Shown: piece by piece, positions 1 through 14,719 of the stretch
How the letters are laid out: each line of letters starts with the position of its first letter
Numbering within the stretch: position 1 is the first letter of the stretch
NCBI GenBank assembly: GCA_036172245.1
Contig: JAYWIR010000030.1
Location: 1,550,001-1,614,000, forward strand
Direction: 5' to 3'
Source of the DNA: Raillietiella orientalis
Lineage: Eukaryota
DNA: 64,000 nt
Translations under genes and position numbers: made by a program
The notes under the pieces: generated by a model
Databases searched by the model: none
Seen by the model: the letters and a program-made list of their open reading frames with translations, nothing else
What the model was told of the DNA's origin: nothing

Positions 1-1419
1 GTGATCTCACATAGAAGAGGAAGTCAAGAAGATCTCCGGCATCCAGAGTTTGGCTACAGAAGGAAGGAACATCCATCTCCGGTGCCTGTTGTTCCCACCC
101 TCCCTTCATTTTGTTATTCTCTAATTTTCCTTCTCCCACCCGCTCCGGACTCTTCTCGGTTTTGCAGGAAGGAACGATACAAATCAAAAAACCTCGTCTC
201 TACTATCCTCTATTAATTTATTTCTTTCTTTTCCCCTTCTTACCGTTCCGGACTTTTCGAAATCTCGACCTTCGTGTCAGTGCACCTCCCCCTTGAACTT
301 CTTTTGTTTCGTAATGATGCTTTTGTTGTTTTGGGAGCAGTTTCTCGAAGTTCTCTGTTTATTTTTATCAAATGAAAGCCTCGGTATCACTGGGTGAAAA
401 TTTGTTTCCGTCGCACAGTTCGAAACAAATGAGATGTCTCCTCCACAATTGCAGCTCTTCTCTTTCGTAGATTTCTGGACTGAGACGATCGCCTAGGATG
501 AGTTTGATCACGTGAGTTTCTGAGGGAACGAGAATGCCAAAGTTCAAGATTGGAAACTAAACTTATGCTTTCTTTTAGCATCTCCCATATTCAGAAGCAT
601 GATTGTATAGTCAGTATGCTTCCTTGACACGGAAGTATTGTATCTATCTCCTGGGGAATTTACTATTAGATTCACATCTCTCTGCAGAATACCTAACCTT
701 GAAGACTACCCTTTTCGAGATCATGGAATGTGCAAGGCCTTCTAAAATTCGAGGTTATGGGACTTGCTGAAGTTGACTGAGTGTTGATAGAAAGTAAAGA
801 TATGCAGCTATGGATTCTCTATTTCAGAACGGTAGAAGAGCGAACAAACCTCGCTCCCTTTGTCTGCAGCACCACGCTTTCACGGCTTGAAGGCTTTCGT
901 TTTTGTGGCTCACACGTGATTGTAGTTCGTCTTAGTGAGCAGTAGAGGTATTTGAGGTTCGTTTGAGGATCCGCATTCCAGGACTTCTCCGATGCAGTCT
1001 AAAACCGAGGGACACACCTCGGTTTTGCCCGTGTTCCCAGACAGAGTTCAACCTTCTCTTCCACTTCAAGCTGAATCTCAGGCTGATCGAAAAAAAGGTT
1101 CTGGAAGCTGCATTCCTTATACTGAGTCTCCTAGAATTCGTCCCCTTGGATCTCCTGCCGGCCAAAAGGCTAGAATGTCTGGCGGCAGGAGGCACTGGAT
1201 TCCTGGTGATCACTTTGGAAGTGCGCCCAGAGGAACTTCATCCCCTGAAGCAACTTCTATTCAAACCGCTAGGAGAAACCCTGCAGTATCAGATGCAGTG
1301 GTCCCAGATAGCTGTCCCATCTTTTGCTGCAGCATTGTCTGACCTCAGAGCAAACGATGACAGCCGGAGGGGTGGGAGTTCTCCTGCAACACTACAGGAG
1401 TCAAGAAATTCTTTGGCAG

Positions 1420-1990
1420 CTTCAGGAAGAGGGAGTTGGTGGACGGCGTCACTCCTCGTTCCCGGGAGAAGGGACTCCTTAGATGTAGCGACGTGCTCGA
1501 TGTGCCCCCCGAAGAACTCGTGGTCCCTCTCCTGTGGACACCTCCGTGTTCCCGCTCCGGTGAAAATGTTGTGCTGTTCCTGCACTGGGATTTCAGTGCA
1601 ATAAGGTCAGAAGCCCGGTTCCCGGGAGAGATGCATTCCCAAACCGTTTGGGGTGCGAGGTGATGGAATCGTTCGCTCATCTGCTGTTGGACTGCAGTGC
1701 CCCCCTGGAGGACACGTGGTGGAGACCAGCCTCGGCTTTCCGCCACCCAGAGGATACCGTTTTGGAATTGCCGCGGCGTTTCTTCACGCAAAGCGGGCTT
1801 ATTGCAGGAGCTGCGATCACATCCAGATGTTGCATCCGCGACATCATCACAGCCCGCTATGTGCTGGAGTCTACGACGCAGCGAGAGGAGGTCGCACACA
1901 TGGCAGCCGCCTTGATGAGGACGGTTGCAAGGTAATTTGTCATCGACAGGAATTCATTGGGGAGATCGCCACAATACAGCTCCAGTTTTA
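1420..1990 (+). mobile_element. Decayed APE-type LINE: end of ORF1 (gag-like) and start of the ORF2 apurinic endonuclease
   Basis: Frameshifted translations give 'EKGLLRCSDVLDVPPEEL', 'RCIPKP' and 'CEVMESFAHLLLDC' (degenerate zinc knuckle). They are followed by 'RIPFWNCRGVSSRKAGLLQELRSHPDVA', which matches the APE N-terminal WN(C)RG...PD motif. A homologous copy lies at 39.8-40.3 kb. Confidence 0.55.
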
Positions 1991-4201
1991 GAAAGAAAGG
2001 GTGGGCCGATATCAGAGGTCCTTGTCCTCATCCTCCCTTTTTTCAGATTATTTATTTTCCCTTCCATGCCATTCCGGACTTCCTTCAAACCGGCCTGCGT
2101 GCTGATGATCATACCCGCCGGAACTTTTTTTTTTTCTTTTGACTTGTTTGTTTATTTACTTTTGATGAAAGTCCCGGCGTCATCGGATTGAAACCAGGAT
2201 TCGCTCAAGCGAAAGAAAATTCGTTATTCTGAAAAAAAATAAGCCACTGTTACAAATCGCTGAAAACTGACTTGTCCATCTAGTGATTTGTCAAATGTTT
2301 TCCCCAACAGAGAGAACCTATAATTTTCTCAAGTAATAAATCTATCACAGTGACAATCACACTGATCACAAGGATTTCATTTCTTTCGCAGTGATCCCTG
2401 ATGAGTTTGTGAACAGTTGTCCCATTAACATATTTTCCTATGCATAGCTATTCGTCATTACCAACAGGGATACGCAGATAAGGTTTTGAAGCGCCTCTTC
2501 AGCCCATCCTGGTGCAACAACCACTTCCTCTCTTGAGAATTCTTGTAAGAAATCTCAGATGCGTCGTGAAGCGGAAATCTCTTCAGCATCACCCCTCTTT
2601 GAAATGACTCTCTGTCGAAACAACCTCCGTTTTACTTGATTTTCTCTTGAGTGTTCACTCAGAAGATTCCTACCCAGGCACATGCGCACTCGCATGCATC
2701 CAGCGATCGGAAAAAGAGCATTTCTACAAGAGGAATTTTAACAGCGCATTAGGATCAAATGCGGAGACGAGGTGCAAAATTGCTTTCTGAGGAATTCCAT
2801 CCTAAATCACATCCATAAATGAATTAGAACTGCAGCCGTCTTCCAGAATAAAAGGGATCTCCAAGAACAAGTCAGATCTCTCATGAGATTAAATAAGGAG
2901 AAAACCTCTTCCTGGAATGACTGGGGAAAATTCTCAGTGGTCTCCTTTTCCAGTGGTGTCAAAAGAATTCCTTTTCAGAGGAAGCCACAGCATCTCAGCA
3001 GACACATCTTTTGCATGACACACGTGTGTGCATGGCAACAAATGTGATTGACTCTGATTTCATGGCCTGCTATCTCTTGCTATCCAACCACGCCTTCATG
3101 TTCCTTTTTCTCTTTTTATTCTTGCAATGCAATCTCGTGTCTTCCTCAAAGGATACAAACAATAGAGAATAAGGAATCGTGAGCTTCAATAAAGAAATCA
3201 TGAGCTGGAAACCAAAGCCTCCCCAGTATCCTGAAAGGAAGATCCTTTTATACAGAGCGAGGTTCATTTTTTTGCTATCTCCAATGCTTAGAGATTATCC
3301 TTTATCGAATTTCACAAGATGGAAAGTGATTCGTACTCCAAGAAGAGGCTAGAGAGACAAGTCAGGTGTCACAATCCAGGACATGGGGATTCAGGAAATT
3401 TGGTGAACAGATTCGTCAGCTGAAGAAGGAATCGGAAAAAAAATCCCTTAAAAAACCAACGTCTGGAAAGCAGATTTATTGCCATCCGGATCGAGGAAAA
3501 ACAAATGGTAGATTGCGCCTTAGACGCAATCTGCGCAACCCTTTAAGAGGTATAGGTGCACCTAAAATTTGAGAGCACCCCTGTAATTGGTGCCTGCTTC
3601 CTCAAGTTTCTTTAAAGCGAGAAGGAAATCTTGTGAGCTGCAAAGCGAGAAAATGCTGTTTAGCCAAGCAAAAAGAAAACCAGTGGCTGCGAAATGAACT
3701 CACAATTCGAGTTCAGGTGCAGGAAAGTCACTAGCGAAAGCGCTGGTGGCCTTGTAAAAAAAAAAAAAAAAAAAAAGTCCGAGCCAGGAAGATTTACATT
3801 CTGATCTTCGCGTTCGCCATGCTGCGCCACTGGAGTGGGAAAGGGTTACTTCCCCCTCAGCATCACTTCTCCTCCTGTCTCTCCGAAACGAGTCCAGATT
3901 AAACCAAAGCCTTTGCGCAGTCACTTTAACTAGCATTGACGGAAAAACACAAACTGAGCAGCTTTCCATATTCTCATGGGCACCCTTTGTAGCAGTAGCT
4001 CCAGCTCAAGCCGATGTCTGCATCTTGTCACGGAAATCTGATTGTTCCATGGAATCTCCATCTTGACCAGCAATCAATGTTTACTCTTGTAGACTCGGAT
4101 TTCCGAAATTCTATTTTCCTATTCAACTTCTTCAGCCTCTCGAAAACGACCCACAGTGACTCCCTTAAAAATGCAGAATTCTCAACATGGAAGAGAATTG
4201 G

Positions 4202-4223
4202 CATCTTGAGAATTCTCAAGATG
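4202..4223. repeat. Perfect 22-bp palindrome
   Basis: CATCTTGAGAATTCTCAAGATG equals its own reverse complement. Confidence 0.9.
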
Positions 4224-5199
4224 AACCCGTTTTTAACATGAAAATGCAACTGGAGACAAAATCGATCTTCCCAAGGTGTATTTTCTGTTGCTGTACGTTA
4301 GCAAGATGGGATTTCGTCCAACATCCCATCTGCAGGTTACGTGGCGCAGTCCTCAGACTCTACGGGCCAGATTCTAGATGGAAATGTTGATAGTTTTTTT
4401 TCTTTTTAACATACTTGTACGATAAAGCAAGCGTATGAGGAACCACGGGTCAGAACCATCCATCAGAAGTCCCCATGGTGAGTCCGAAGGCTTCTACGAA
4501 AATTCGAAAATTCTACTTCCATTTGTCACCAACCATTCTATCCGAAGACACGAAGGTTCAGGTGATCAAACGGCTTCAGGTGATTAGAATCTCACAAAAT
4601 TCTAATGGAAAACTCCATTCTCGATGTACATGCAATGAAAGAACCTGCTGCTCCTTTTTGCACTGAGACACATGCATACTGAGTTTTGTACAAAAAGCTG
4701 TGCAGACCTGCCCATGAAAATCGAATTCGAAAATGCTTTTTAACCTTCCTTCCTCTTTCAGTGCTTTTCTTTTTCCATTCAATAAACTTTTAGCAAGATG
4801 TGTAGAAATTTCTGCAAGAAGCAAAATTGTCTATTTCGTATGACTCAGGGAGCATCTCGTAACCAAAGCAACCCCCAAACCCTCGTGTGCTCTTAGGACC
4901 ACTTGTTTTCTTAAATGTTTTCAGCTTACTTGGGCATGGGGTATGACTGGAAAAGGTATCAGATAATCTTGCAGCTGTCCAATTATTATAATAGAAGCTT
5001 TTTACTGTCACAGCAAAATCTTTAGATCAGCACCGCTCATCTGCCTTCACTTGCTGAGAAGACAGAATTCTTTTTCGAGGTGAAGCTTTTCTCAATCGTC
5101 ACCATGTGAGTTTTGCTGTGAGAAAAGAGAACAGGGAGCGTATGTCTTTGCATTCCGACTGGAACGTGGTTTAGAATTTGCCCCCTTCTCCCTCTTACT

Positions 5200-5950
5200 T
5201 GAATGAAATTGATTTCTTATGGGATTCACGAGGGATTCTTACGGGAGGGAGATTCTGTTCATGACACGTGCACCACTTAGCGTGGCATTCCTTCAGATTT
5301 CCCCGTCAGTTTCCAGTATCTCATCACACCTGCCTCCTTGTGTAAACTTCGGTTCCGTAGTCTCCTCTCGACTCTATTTCCCTCACGGATTCTGGAAGGA
5401 GAAGAGAGATTGTTTGCCTCCTCAGTTTCCCATCTTCACTCTTTGTACCGAAAATGCGCAATCCATGGTGAAAATGAGCATCTAGAAGATAAGGGTTTCG
5501 TTGAGCCTCTTGGAAATCCCGACATGCAAATAGAGCTCTAACATTTTTCTGCTCTACAGCCTCATCGCTTTCATCTTCGAGCAAACGCTCCAAACTTATG
5601 GTGAAGGTTGTTGGCATTTCCAAGTATTCCGCTGATGCCACATATCTCGCAGAGGACAAAGGCATGCGACCGTCGGCAGCATGGAAAAAATCTCCTTCAG
5701 TGTGTACATTTCAGATCACGTGGATGACAGAAGGAAGCCCTAGACTGTTGCTCTAAACTGGCATCGTATATTCCGACTGATGTATAAAAGTCATGCTCGT
5801 TCACGAATCATGTCCATTGCACAGTGATTCCAAGGGATGCACTTTGCATTCCAGCTTTTGTCGAGGATTTCTTTTAGGACCTTTTCAGCGGCAATCGTGG
5901 GTTGATGTCTCATCACGGAAGATCCCAAAGATGGGAGTGTGGAACTCTTT
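5200..5950 (-). mobile_element. Decayed non-LTR retrotransposon reverse transcriptase fragment
   Basis: Minus-strand motifs occur in LINE RT order: 'EKVLKEILDKSWNAKCIP', then 'LEDESDEAVEQKNVRALFACRDFQEA' (cf. V.A.FLD..KAFD), 'LRIFG...GKLRR', and 'GMPR' (cf. GVPQG). Stops and frameshifts are present. Confidence 0.5.
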
Positions 5951-8900
5951 CCCCATCTGTCAGAGAGATGCGGCCTTCAGTCGAAGGAACTCAATCGGAC
6001 TGAAAATGAAAACGGAAAGTGCAAAAGTGATCGGCAGCTCAAGGGTGAACGTGAAGCAACTGAATCGGGAAACGAGAAGACGAGTAAAACCGATCGTATT
6101 TTGCCAAGCATCAGACTTTTCCGGTTGGTCCTGAAAGCAATCAGGGAGAAGAAGTTCAGTGACGATCTGTGGCTTCCTGGAATATCCAAACCGAATCAAA
6201 GCAGATGCCGGAATTACTAAAAGATCGGAAGATTGTCCTTTTTTATGCACCGAACCTTGGATTTCATCTATTTTTTTGGAATAACCACTGCAACATCCTA
6301 TACATTCCTTGCATCTGAACGTCCCATGGCTTTGATCCATTCGCAGAAATCTCCATTCTTCTATTGGAACCAATTCAGCTTTCCATTAACAAACACTTTT
6401 CTAGTTTTCCGAACACCAGATTTGAAAACTTCTTGCTTCTCTTCACTCCGAGCTCATGTCAGATCTTGGCATCAACAGGAAAAGTTGCGATCCTCTGTTT
6501 CCGGAACCCAATCAAAACGTTCCTTGAGTTCTCTTGAAGAGTTCCATCGAGTGGTAGCACGAAAAGTGACCTCTTATTATAAAATTCATTTCTGTCCACT
6601 AACATAATTATGGACTTTTTATTGCTCCAAAGAAGGTGAAAGCCATTTCGAGCGCCAGTCACGCCAGCCATGAGAGTAAGCATGACATGCGTCAAAGCTG
6701 CTCGATGATTTCCATGACAACGTGAAATCGCACAGATCCCTCAGAAATACTTGAGGACACTTTCCAGTTTGGTAGGGCGTCTGAACTCGATGCTCTAACA
6801 AAACGGATTGGTCTCAAAGGTGCATCTCCACATTTCGGTCAGCATCTCACTTCGAACTTCGTGTCTGTTTGTGTCGAGAACGTCACCCTTCTACTGTCTG
6901 AATGTCGATTCTGTGAATTTGGTGATTCAAACCATTGCAATTTGGCTTTAGTTAGTAAGTACGGATGCCATTCCTTTTTGCAGCTTCAGAAAATCAAACC
7001 TTGCACTTTCAGCAGTGTCATACTTAGAGAATAATGAATTTTACGTCCGTGCATGTAATGTGTCAAATGTGCACGCACACGGACTGAGGTTTATAAGAGA
7101 TTTCAGTCTCCCATCGGTGCTCAATCTTCCTCCTTCCTTCTACTTTGGACATAATTTCGACCGTCACCTCTGGCAAAATGTTAAATTGCCAAAAAGGTTG
7201 TTGCATTGCGCTTGAGGCAACTTTTTCTTCTGAGACTTATTCTTGAACTGATCCTCATGCAGATCACAACTGCTGAGTCTGCTTTCATGCAAAACTGCAA
7301 TACAATACTTTGCCTTTTGTTCTTTTGGATACTGACCACAAACTTTCTGGCAGAACCTAAAGAAGGGAAAATAGGAAACCTTTAAAGAACATTCTTCCCT
7401 AAAAAATTCATGCTGGCAGACTTTCTCTAGAATTAAAAGAACAGGCCACTTATCAATTCCAGCTACTACTAAAAGTGTATTTCGAGCTCAACAGAAACGA
7501 TGGATGATTATATGATTAGCAGCGCAACGTACGATAAATTCAGTATTGGTATGTAAGACTGGAGAGGACACCACGAGTACTTCCTTTCAGCCTGTGACGA
7601 CCTTAACCGTACAATTTGAGAAGGAACACAGAATACAAATTCTGAAGTGATGGATTTAAAGCAAACATATTGGGAATGGAAAGGAGATGCGAATGCTATT
7701 GTACAACATGTATTTTACATGACCTTCCGTACCTGCAAACTTATCCTGGGATTGGTGGATAGTAAAATGGCGATTTTTCCAGCCTTATGAATCCATAATC
7801 GAAAAGGAGACTCGGTGAAAGAGATGAGGAAAGAGGAACTAAAGAAGAAGGGAGAAAAGTTCTTTTGTTAGATACAGAAGAACAGGTAATGGCAGCTTTC
7901 CGAGATGGAGGAATCATCAGCACAGAACTGCATTTGTAACACGGAAATCAAATGTCGTGCTGCGGCATCCAATCAAAAAATAATAATTATTATTATCAAA
8001 GGAATTCACATAAGTCTTGGGCGAGAATATCATATCAACGAAAAGGTCAAAGAAGGCATTCACAAAGCAATAAACAAACTGATGTAACAACTAAGAAAAT
8101 GACATCATGTACAAATGATGGTCAAGGGAGAAAGAATTCCATTTCTTGGAGGAGCACATGGAAGGTACAAACTTAAAGCGCATGGAACGTTTTCCATATG
8201 GCATTATCTGAACTTTCACAAAGTGAAAGCGTTTGATGATGAGCATCTTGAAGAAGTTATGTGAGACATACAGAGATGCGTTTGATGTACAAGTAGTAAA
8301 AGGCATTTTCACGATGGTCGAGATCAGTTTTTTCCTTTGTAGTTATACAGTTAGCTTTTCCTTCTTCGCTTTGTTCTAGTCTTGAAATCTTCTTCAGGAA
8401 AGCGCACGTTAATATTCATGAGATAATTCGAGAAAGCAGCTTCCTCTAATGTATATGTCCTGTAGCTGAATAGGTGATCAGGGACTCTTCCTTCTGATGA
8501 TCGAGTGTTTGAACCTTTTCAGATTAAGAGAACAGATTAAGTCCATGTGACGAATCCAGAGAACCGTGCTCCACGATCAAAGTGCGTTTATTTCTGGGGA
8601 CTCCTTTGCCTATCAAAAGGCTCTTTGCAGCCTCCCCTCTTATCCGAAAAGAGTGGCCAATGTGCGGTTTCACCTTTTCGCGCGTCTTCGACTGGAAGTG
8701 TTCCTCTTTTCTTCTCCTTTTCTAAATGTTCATCCATGGCTGTCGGTACGCCATCATAGCTCATTGTGATTTGAAAGTCACAAAGCTGTATCGTGCGAAA
8801 ATAATAACAAAATGATCGTTCAAATGCAAACAAATGAGAGGCTATTGATATACAGGCCAAGAACCATTACGTAGGCTTTTTCTTGTTTATCAAAGCACCG

Positions 8901-10639
8901 ATAGAACGACAAATAATCACAGCTGCACAGGATGGTTCCTCATCTACAGACAACTCGCAAAAGCATTCACCTCGAGATCTCAGGTTAGACTTGACACCCG
9001 TTACCAAGACTGCTAGTGGTTACCAAGGACACGTTATACCACAAGGTGTATGTGTATGTGATATATTAGTATATTAGTATGTGACTTCAAAGTCACACCG
9101 GCCTATAGGGGCTTAATCAGTTTCGAGAAGGAAAATCCTTGATGGCACAATGAATCGAGTAAGGAGTGGATGAACAAACGCTCACCTTCATATCGAGAAA
9201 CCACATTAATTCGATCGTGGAAACGAGGAACACTTCGGAATTGAAACGAATGTAGTGTTTGGCATAATCATTGGAATAACTGAAAATGAAATATACCCTA
9301 ATCAGCCTATAGATTCAAAGTTTCCGATTTCGCTGTGCAAACATCACAATAATTTAAATTTGATTGTGCTTGGATTGCAGTTCTCAGATAATGATGCTTC
9401 CATAAATTCGGCCGAGCGGTGGTCATCTCGGATGAGAATGCAGTGATAAATTGTGCTCAAACAGAGTATGATCATCCCTGCTCCTACACCTTCTTCATGG
9501 CAACTTGCACCAGGTAACGTGGTTTGTGTCTAAGGTACGAAAATTTACGAGTCCAATTAAGTGGCTGTCCAATTAACCCTACTCTTTGAAACGACGAAGT
9601 CGCATTCACGTGAGTTTTCCTCCGTATCTTTGGTGAAAGTGAAAGCAGATACTGAATTTCCAGACTACTGCCACATTGCAAAAAATGCTTCCCTCTATGC
9701 ATGGAGGGCTCAAATGCAGAAAAGGTAATTCTTTTGCTGCAGAACGCATGCAGTTTAGAGTTCACGGCACTTTTCCTTACAGTACGCAGACAACTTGCAT
9801 TTAGTGACTTCCTTAGGTGATTGCACTTCATCTGTGGTTCATATCTATTGTCATGCTTTGAAGATCGACATGTCATCTAAGGCACAGAATGCTGCAGCAC
9901 TCGAAGTGTCTTATCCATGTAAGTACAACAAACATGATAATTGAAAATGTCAGTGAAAGCAGTCATCTGCATGTTTTAAAGCATATCAAGAAATTCCTTT
10001 AGTGGAACTTCAAGCGCTTAAAAGATGCTATGGCTGCAAGAAGAGAACAAATATCCTGTAGCTTTTGACAAGGTCTGTCGGAGATCTTTGAGAGATCTCA
10101 CAAAAACTTCCCTGTATCCTGACCTCAAGAGCCTCAGGCAGAAAGACTAATCTTCGTAGACTCGATGGATCCCATTTTTGCTAATCAGTTTATTGGCAAA
10201 AAGAAATCTATCAAAGATGCCCTCACAGACTGAATAAAGAACATGCAAACCACGTATATTGTAGTGCACGTATATTTGTGTTTTCTCGACTGATGTGTAC
10301 GATTACACTACTATTTACGATCCTTTTTGTTTACAACTCGACGCACTCTAAAAAAAAATGCTTTTACTCTTATGTTGCTTAGAAATTTTCATTTTTTCTG
10401 CCAAGCAAGATGTTTTCACCGACCTTTGCCCGTAGTCCTCCTTCCCTGGACTCCGTGCCCAAACTCTGTTCGCCCTGATCGACTCTCCCTTTAACCATAG
10501 TCTAAAGCTTCATTCGCACAGTGCGACTTCACATTTCTAAGGAGAGGATGATTTACCATCGCAGAGTGCTTAAGAACTATCCGTAGCCCTTATGGCATAG
10601 TATTATAGGCTGTTGCATCCAAAAATCAATTTCTAAGAG

Positions 10640-11735
10640 AGCTATGCACCTCCCGTCCTGGACAGTCAGCGAGTACCTGTACGGAGAAAGGCTGTGTGGG
10701 ACTGATGAAGCTGGCCGATGAGTCCGACATATTCACCATTGACAGCTGCTTCAAGGCGCTCACCTCTCCTGACAACGCGGTGAAGAAACTGGCACAAGAA
10801 ACCCTCAAAGTGGTCCAGAAGACAATCCTCGAACCAGCATCGGATGAGAATTACGGGAATTTCATGAAGGAATTTTGTTCCGGGAAATTCTCACAGCACA
10901 GCAGAGACACCGAGAGTCTTTGGTCAAAAGGAAGAAGGCCTTCGAGAAGAACAAAGGCCCGCTGGAAATTCAACGAAGGAGAGCCCAATATTACGGTCGA
11001 CGGCGCCATCTTCAGCATCACCATGAGGAGGAAAATTATCTTCGGAGTGAGAGCAGTACAGAGGGAACACGCATGGCAATCCTTAGCTCTAGTCCAGAAA
11101 CACATCAACCAAGAGAAAGCCATGCAGTGTGTGGGCACGCACCACACCCCAAGCTTCTTCCTCACCAATGGTGACTACTCGAGATTCCAGAACTACTAAT
11201 TCATCCACGCAGCCTGACTGAACGTCCTACCAATCAGAGCTGGACTCAGGTCGGCGTTGCCGGACAGAAGACGAAACGTTGTCTCACATACTAAACAGAT
11301 GCAGGAAGCACACTCATCTGTCCATTGTGCGACACGACGCGATTCGAGATAATCGTCATGGCAGCAGTGGATGGAGCAAAGTGGACCCTAGTGTCCACTG
11401 ACCAGAGAGCTTCAGGAACGAACTCCCTCTTAAAACCGGACTCTGTGATGAAAAAAGGGAACTGCTTTATAGTGCTGGACGTCTGCTACCCGCATGAGGG
11501 TGGAGAGGCGTTGAAAGCAGCTAGGACGAGAAAACAGGAAACATACAAGGAAGCAGCCCTCCAGCTAGGCAGAGAGGGGAAGCAACGCAGGTGCATGCTT
11601 CCATCGTTGGTTCTCTGGAAGCGTGGGATCCAGGGTCATGGAATTTTAAAAAAACACTTGGTAACGATGAGGCACTAGATGGTATTTCGTGCATCCGGTA
11701 CTCCAGCGACATCTATGCAGCCCACGTCTCGCAGA
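10640..11735 (+). mobile_element. 3' remnant of an RLE-type (NeSL/Utopia-like) non-LTR retrotransposon: post-RT region, CCHC finger and PD-(D/E)xK endonuclease; pseudogenised
   Basis: Motifs read in order across stops and frameshifts: 'EYLY..KGCVGLMKLADESDIFTIDSCFKALTSPD', 'SLWSKGRRPSRR', 'FLTNGDYSRFQNY*FIHAA*LNVLP' (cf. GxYTRFADWRFIHRARLN), 'RRCRTEDETLSHILNRC' (11252-11302), 'KPDSVMKKGNCFIVLDVCYPHE..ARTRKQETY', 'IVGSLEAWDP' and 'IRYSSDIYAAH'. Confidence 0.85.
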
Positions 11736-14719
11736 AGACCGATAGCCAGACGCAGCCGGATAATACCAGCGATCAGTCCTCGTGACACGGAGGACAGGAA
11801 GCTGAGGAAGCTGCACGCTAAGGGGCGAAAAGTGCTCCAGGTGGATAGATTAGAAATCCCGGAAGAATGTCAAGAGCCCCTCCCAGCAGCCAGTTATGCA
11901 ATTGTAAATCAATTGATAAAACTAAGCTGCCTTCAAAAATCAATTTCTCGGCGAATGTTCTTTGCAGATATCGACGAAGCGCCTGCTCACAAAAAGGTGT
12001 TTCCTTCCTAAATCGAATGCTCACCCCGAAATTTCTCTTCCATTTTCCATCAGTGGTAAGAGAACGCTTAAGGTCAATGGACGAGTAATGAAAATCTTTG
12101 TCCTTACTCTTCCTTTTCATTATTCTTCCAGTTATGGTTGCTGTCTTAACTAGATTTCATTTGTGGTGACTCTTGTCCGTTAATCTTTTCTACTGCAATG
12201 CAGTTGTTTTTTTCCAGAAATCAGATTCTTTCCAGGCATGCAATGACTATGACTTAGCATAAACTAACGCTTTTATTGTTGTTCATCTGCAGATGCAATA
12301 CAATGATCCTTCATCGTCTACATCTACTGAGGACTGGCTTCTAATGTGCAGAGTACCCCCCAGAGTTCCCAAAGTCTCCTATCATAAACACTACCAACGA
12401 ATCGAGGATGATTCACCGTGTACCTCAAAAATATCCCTGACTTTCCACGCCTTGCTGAGAAGGATGCAAGCTGACTTCGGTCCCAAATTTCCGCGTATCT
12501 CCTCTGAGATTTCCTGATTTTCACCTGCTTGTCATCTTACTTCCTAGGTTCAAGGTACTTGTCGTTATGAAATCGCATCTGCAATCCCTGATTATGGCAA
12601 TGTGCTCTTTTATTCGCAGTACACAAAGAACTTGCCTTCGGTTTTGAGTTCGTAAAGTGCGGAATTGAGGTGCTGGTAATGACATGGAGTAATCAGCCAA
12701 CAAAGACACTGGCACATAAATGCACCATTTTCTACCACTTCCCGGGCTGTTTCATACTTAGTGTGGTAACTTGCTCGAATTCCTAATTAAAGCAAGTTAT
12801 AAAACAGGTCATTTAAAACAACAGCAGGGCGAGTCAAATCACAGATTCGAGGTGCAAGCAGCACTAACTTGCTGCATATGCAAACTGGTGTCTGGCTATG
12901 CAGCAGTAAGGAAGACATTTCTTCGTGGTGCTAAACTTTCTGTTTGTCTTTTTTCTCCGTTGCTAATACGAGATGAATACCTGGTCAAATGAAAAGATTT
13001 TCTGCTTCCTCACTGAACAAAGTTGATCCATTTAAAGTTTACTTATGCAATTTAAAAAAAATTAGGCGGCACTAAATCACATCTTCCTTAAAGTAGAATG
13101 CTAGTTTTGGCGTTTGTCAAATGAAGTTCCTCGTGGTGATCCATTATGCGTTCCTTTCGATTGAAAGATTTAGGGTGTGGACTGGTGTCCACTCCTATGC
13201 AATTGACACCATTTTGGGAGAAATACTAGGCGTTGTACCTTTTCTAATCATTTTCTCAAGCATTTTGTTGACTCTTTTGCCTTATGTATTAGCTAGTCAA
13301 GCATGAGCTTCAGATAGCATTTCCAACTCTGAAAAATATCTTCAACAGCACTGGACATAGGTTTGAGCCCACCATCTTTAACTCATCTCTCTGAATTTCA
13401 GAGATTTATTTTCGGAATTCAGATCAATGTACCCTAGTTTCAGTTTCCTTAGTCATTAACAACCTCATCACCATATCCTCTTTTTTGCCCCTATCACAAA
13501 GAAAATCAACTCTGAAATTCCTCTACACTTTTGCTTTACAATTATCAACAAAGTACAATTATTCTACTTATTAACAAGGCAGATTACTTAGAGAAAGTAT
13601 TCATAACATCCCAACAGATAGGCAACAGGTTGATCTATAATTAGTGATATTGTATACCATCCTGTTAGATTGAAATTCGTCCAAATCATGTCAAATTTGA
13701 CCAAATGAACTTTCGTCTTTTGATTACTCTTTTTCTGACACTGAAGGATGAAACCATTTACATCATACATTCCTCAGGGTGCTTCACAGATTTCAGATGA
13801 GGAAAAGTAAAATAGCTTCAATCAGTATATCAAAATTTCTTTCAGTAAATTTATCATCCGCCTATGACAAATAGCAAAGTTCCCAATGTTTTGACAGCCA
13901 GAATAATTATTTCCTTTCAGGTACTATCACTTAAATAATAAACGTTCCTATAAAAAATCTCACTTGATTCAATATTTCTTCAAACAACCCAACAATTTAA
14001 TACACATCTAATGAAAAGTTTGTATTTCACTCACATAATTAGACATTTCATCCTTTATTGAGATAAACAAAATAGTTTTTTTGAATCATGCTATGTTTCT
14101 ATCTGGTTATTCCTGCTTTTCCATATATTAAATATAATGTCAATTAATCAACACACTTCTTTTAATGTATCTAATTATTTGTAAAGCAGATCTAATTTGC
14201 AGAATTACATCATCCCATGATTCAGTACTTACTTATATGAGTATTATAAAAGTCGAATTCCAAATATCCATAGCTGTTAAAACCGGAATCTTTTCTCACT
14301 CTGATTTGTTTCTTCAAACAAATTTCATCCTGCGGATGTATTTCCTTGACTTATTGCTACTGGTGACAGATATCCTCTCTGATTTGTGATATATACATGT
14401 AGTTTCACAATTTACCATCTAAGCAAATGTGTAACTCTGAGTTTACATTTGAGGCATACTACTATGTGTACTTGCACATCTATGGACTGAAAGAAATGCA
14501 AAGTACTTTTCTGAATAAATTGAAGTAATGTGAATCAAGTATCTTTTTTCAGTCAAACTCAAAAGAACATACATAGAAGATTGGAGATAGAGAAATTGAA
14601 GGATCAATTAATTATGGTGCAGAATCATACTTTTAATTACTTTCTCCGTTTATATATCTTGACATCCTATTCTCCTCTACAGCTCTTTGCTCCAGCTCTT
14701 ATAACATTAATGTACAATT

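Noticed and set aside
2171..2226. tRNA or tRNA-SINE-like B-box on the minus strand (GGTTTCAATCC); similar words at ~16130, 38962 and 48257
   Set aside because: No cloverleaf or well-formed A-box/B-box pair can be built.
7600..8620. Possible RTE/L1 fragments ('GDANAIV', 'EIKCRAAAS', 'VLHDQSAFISG')
   Set aside because: These are isolated short motifs with no consistent domain order, too weak to annotate.
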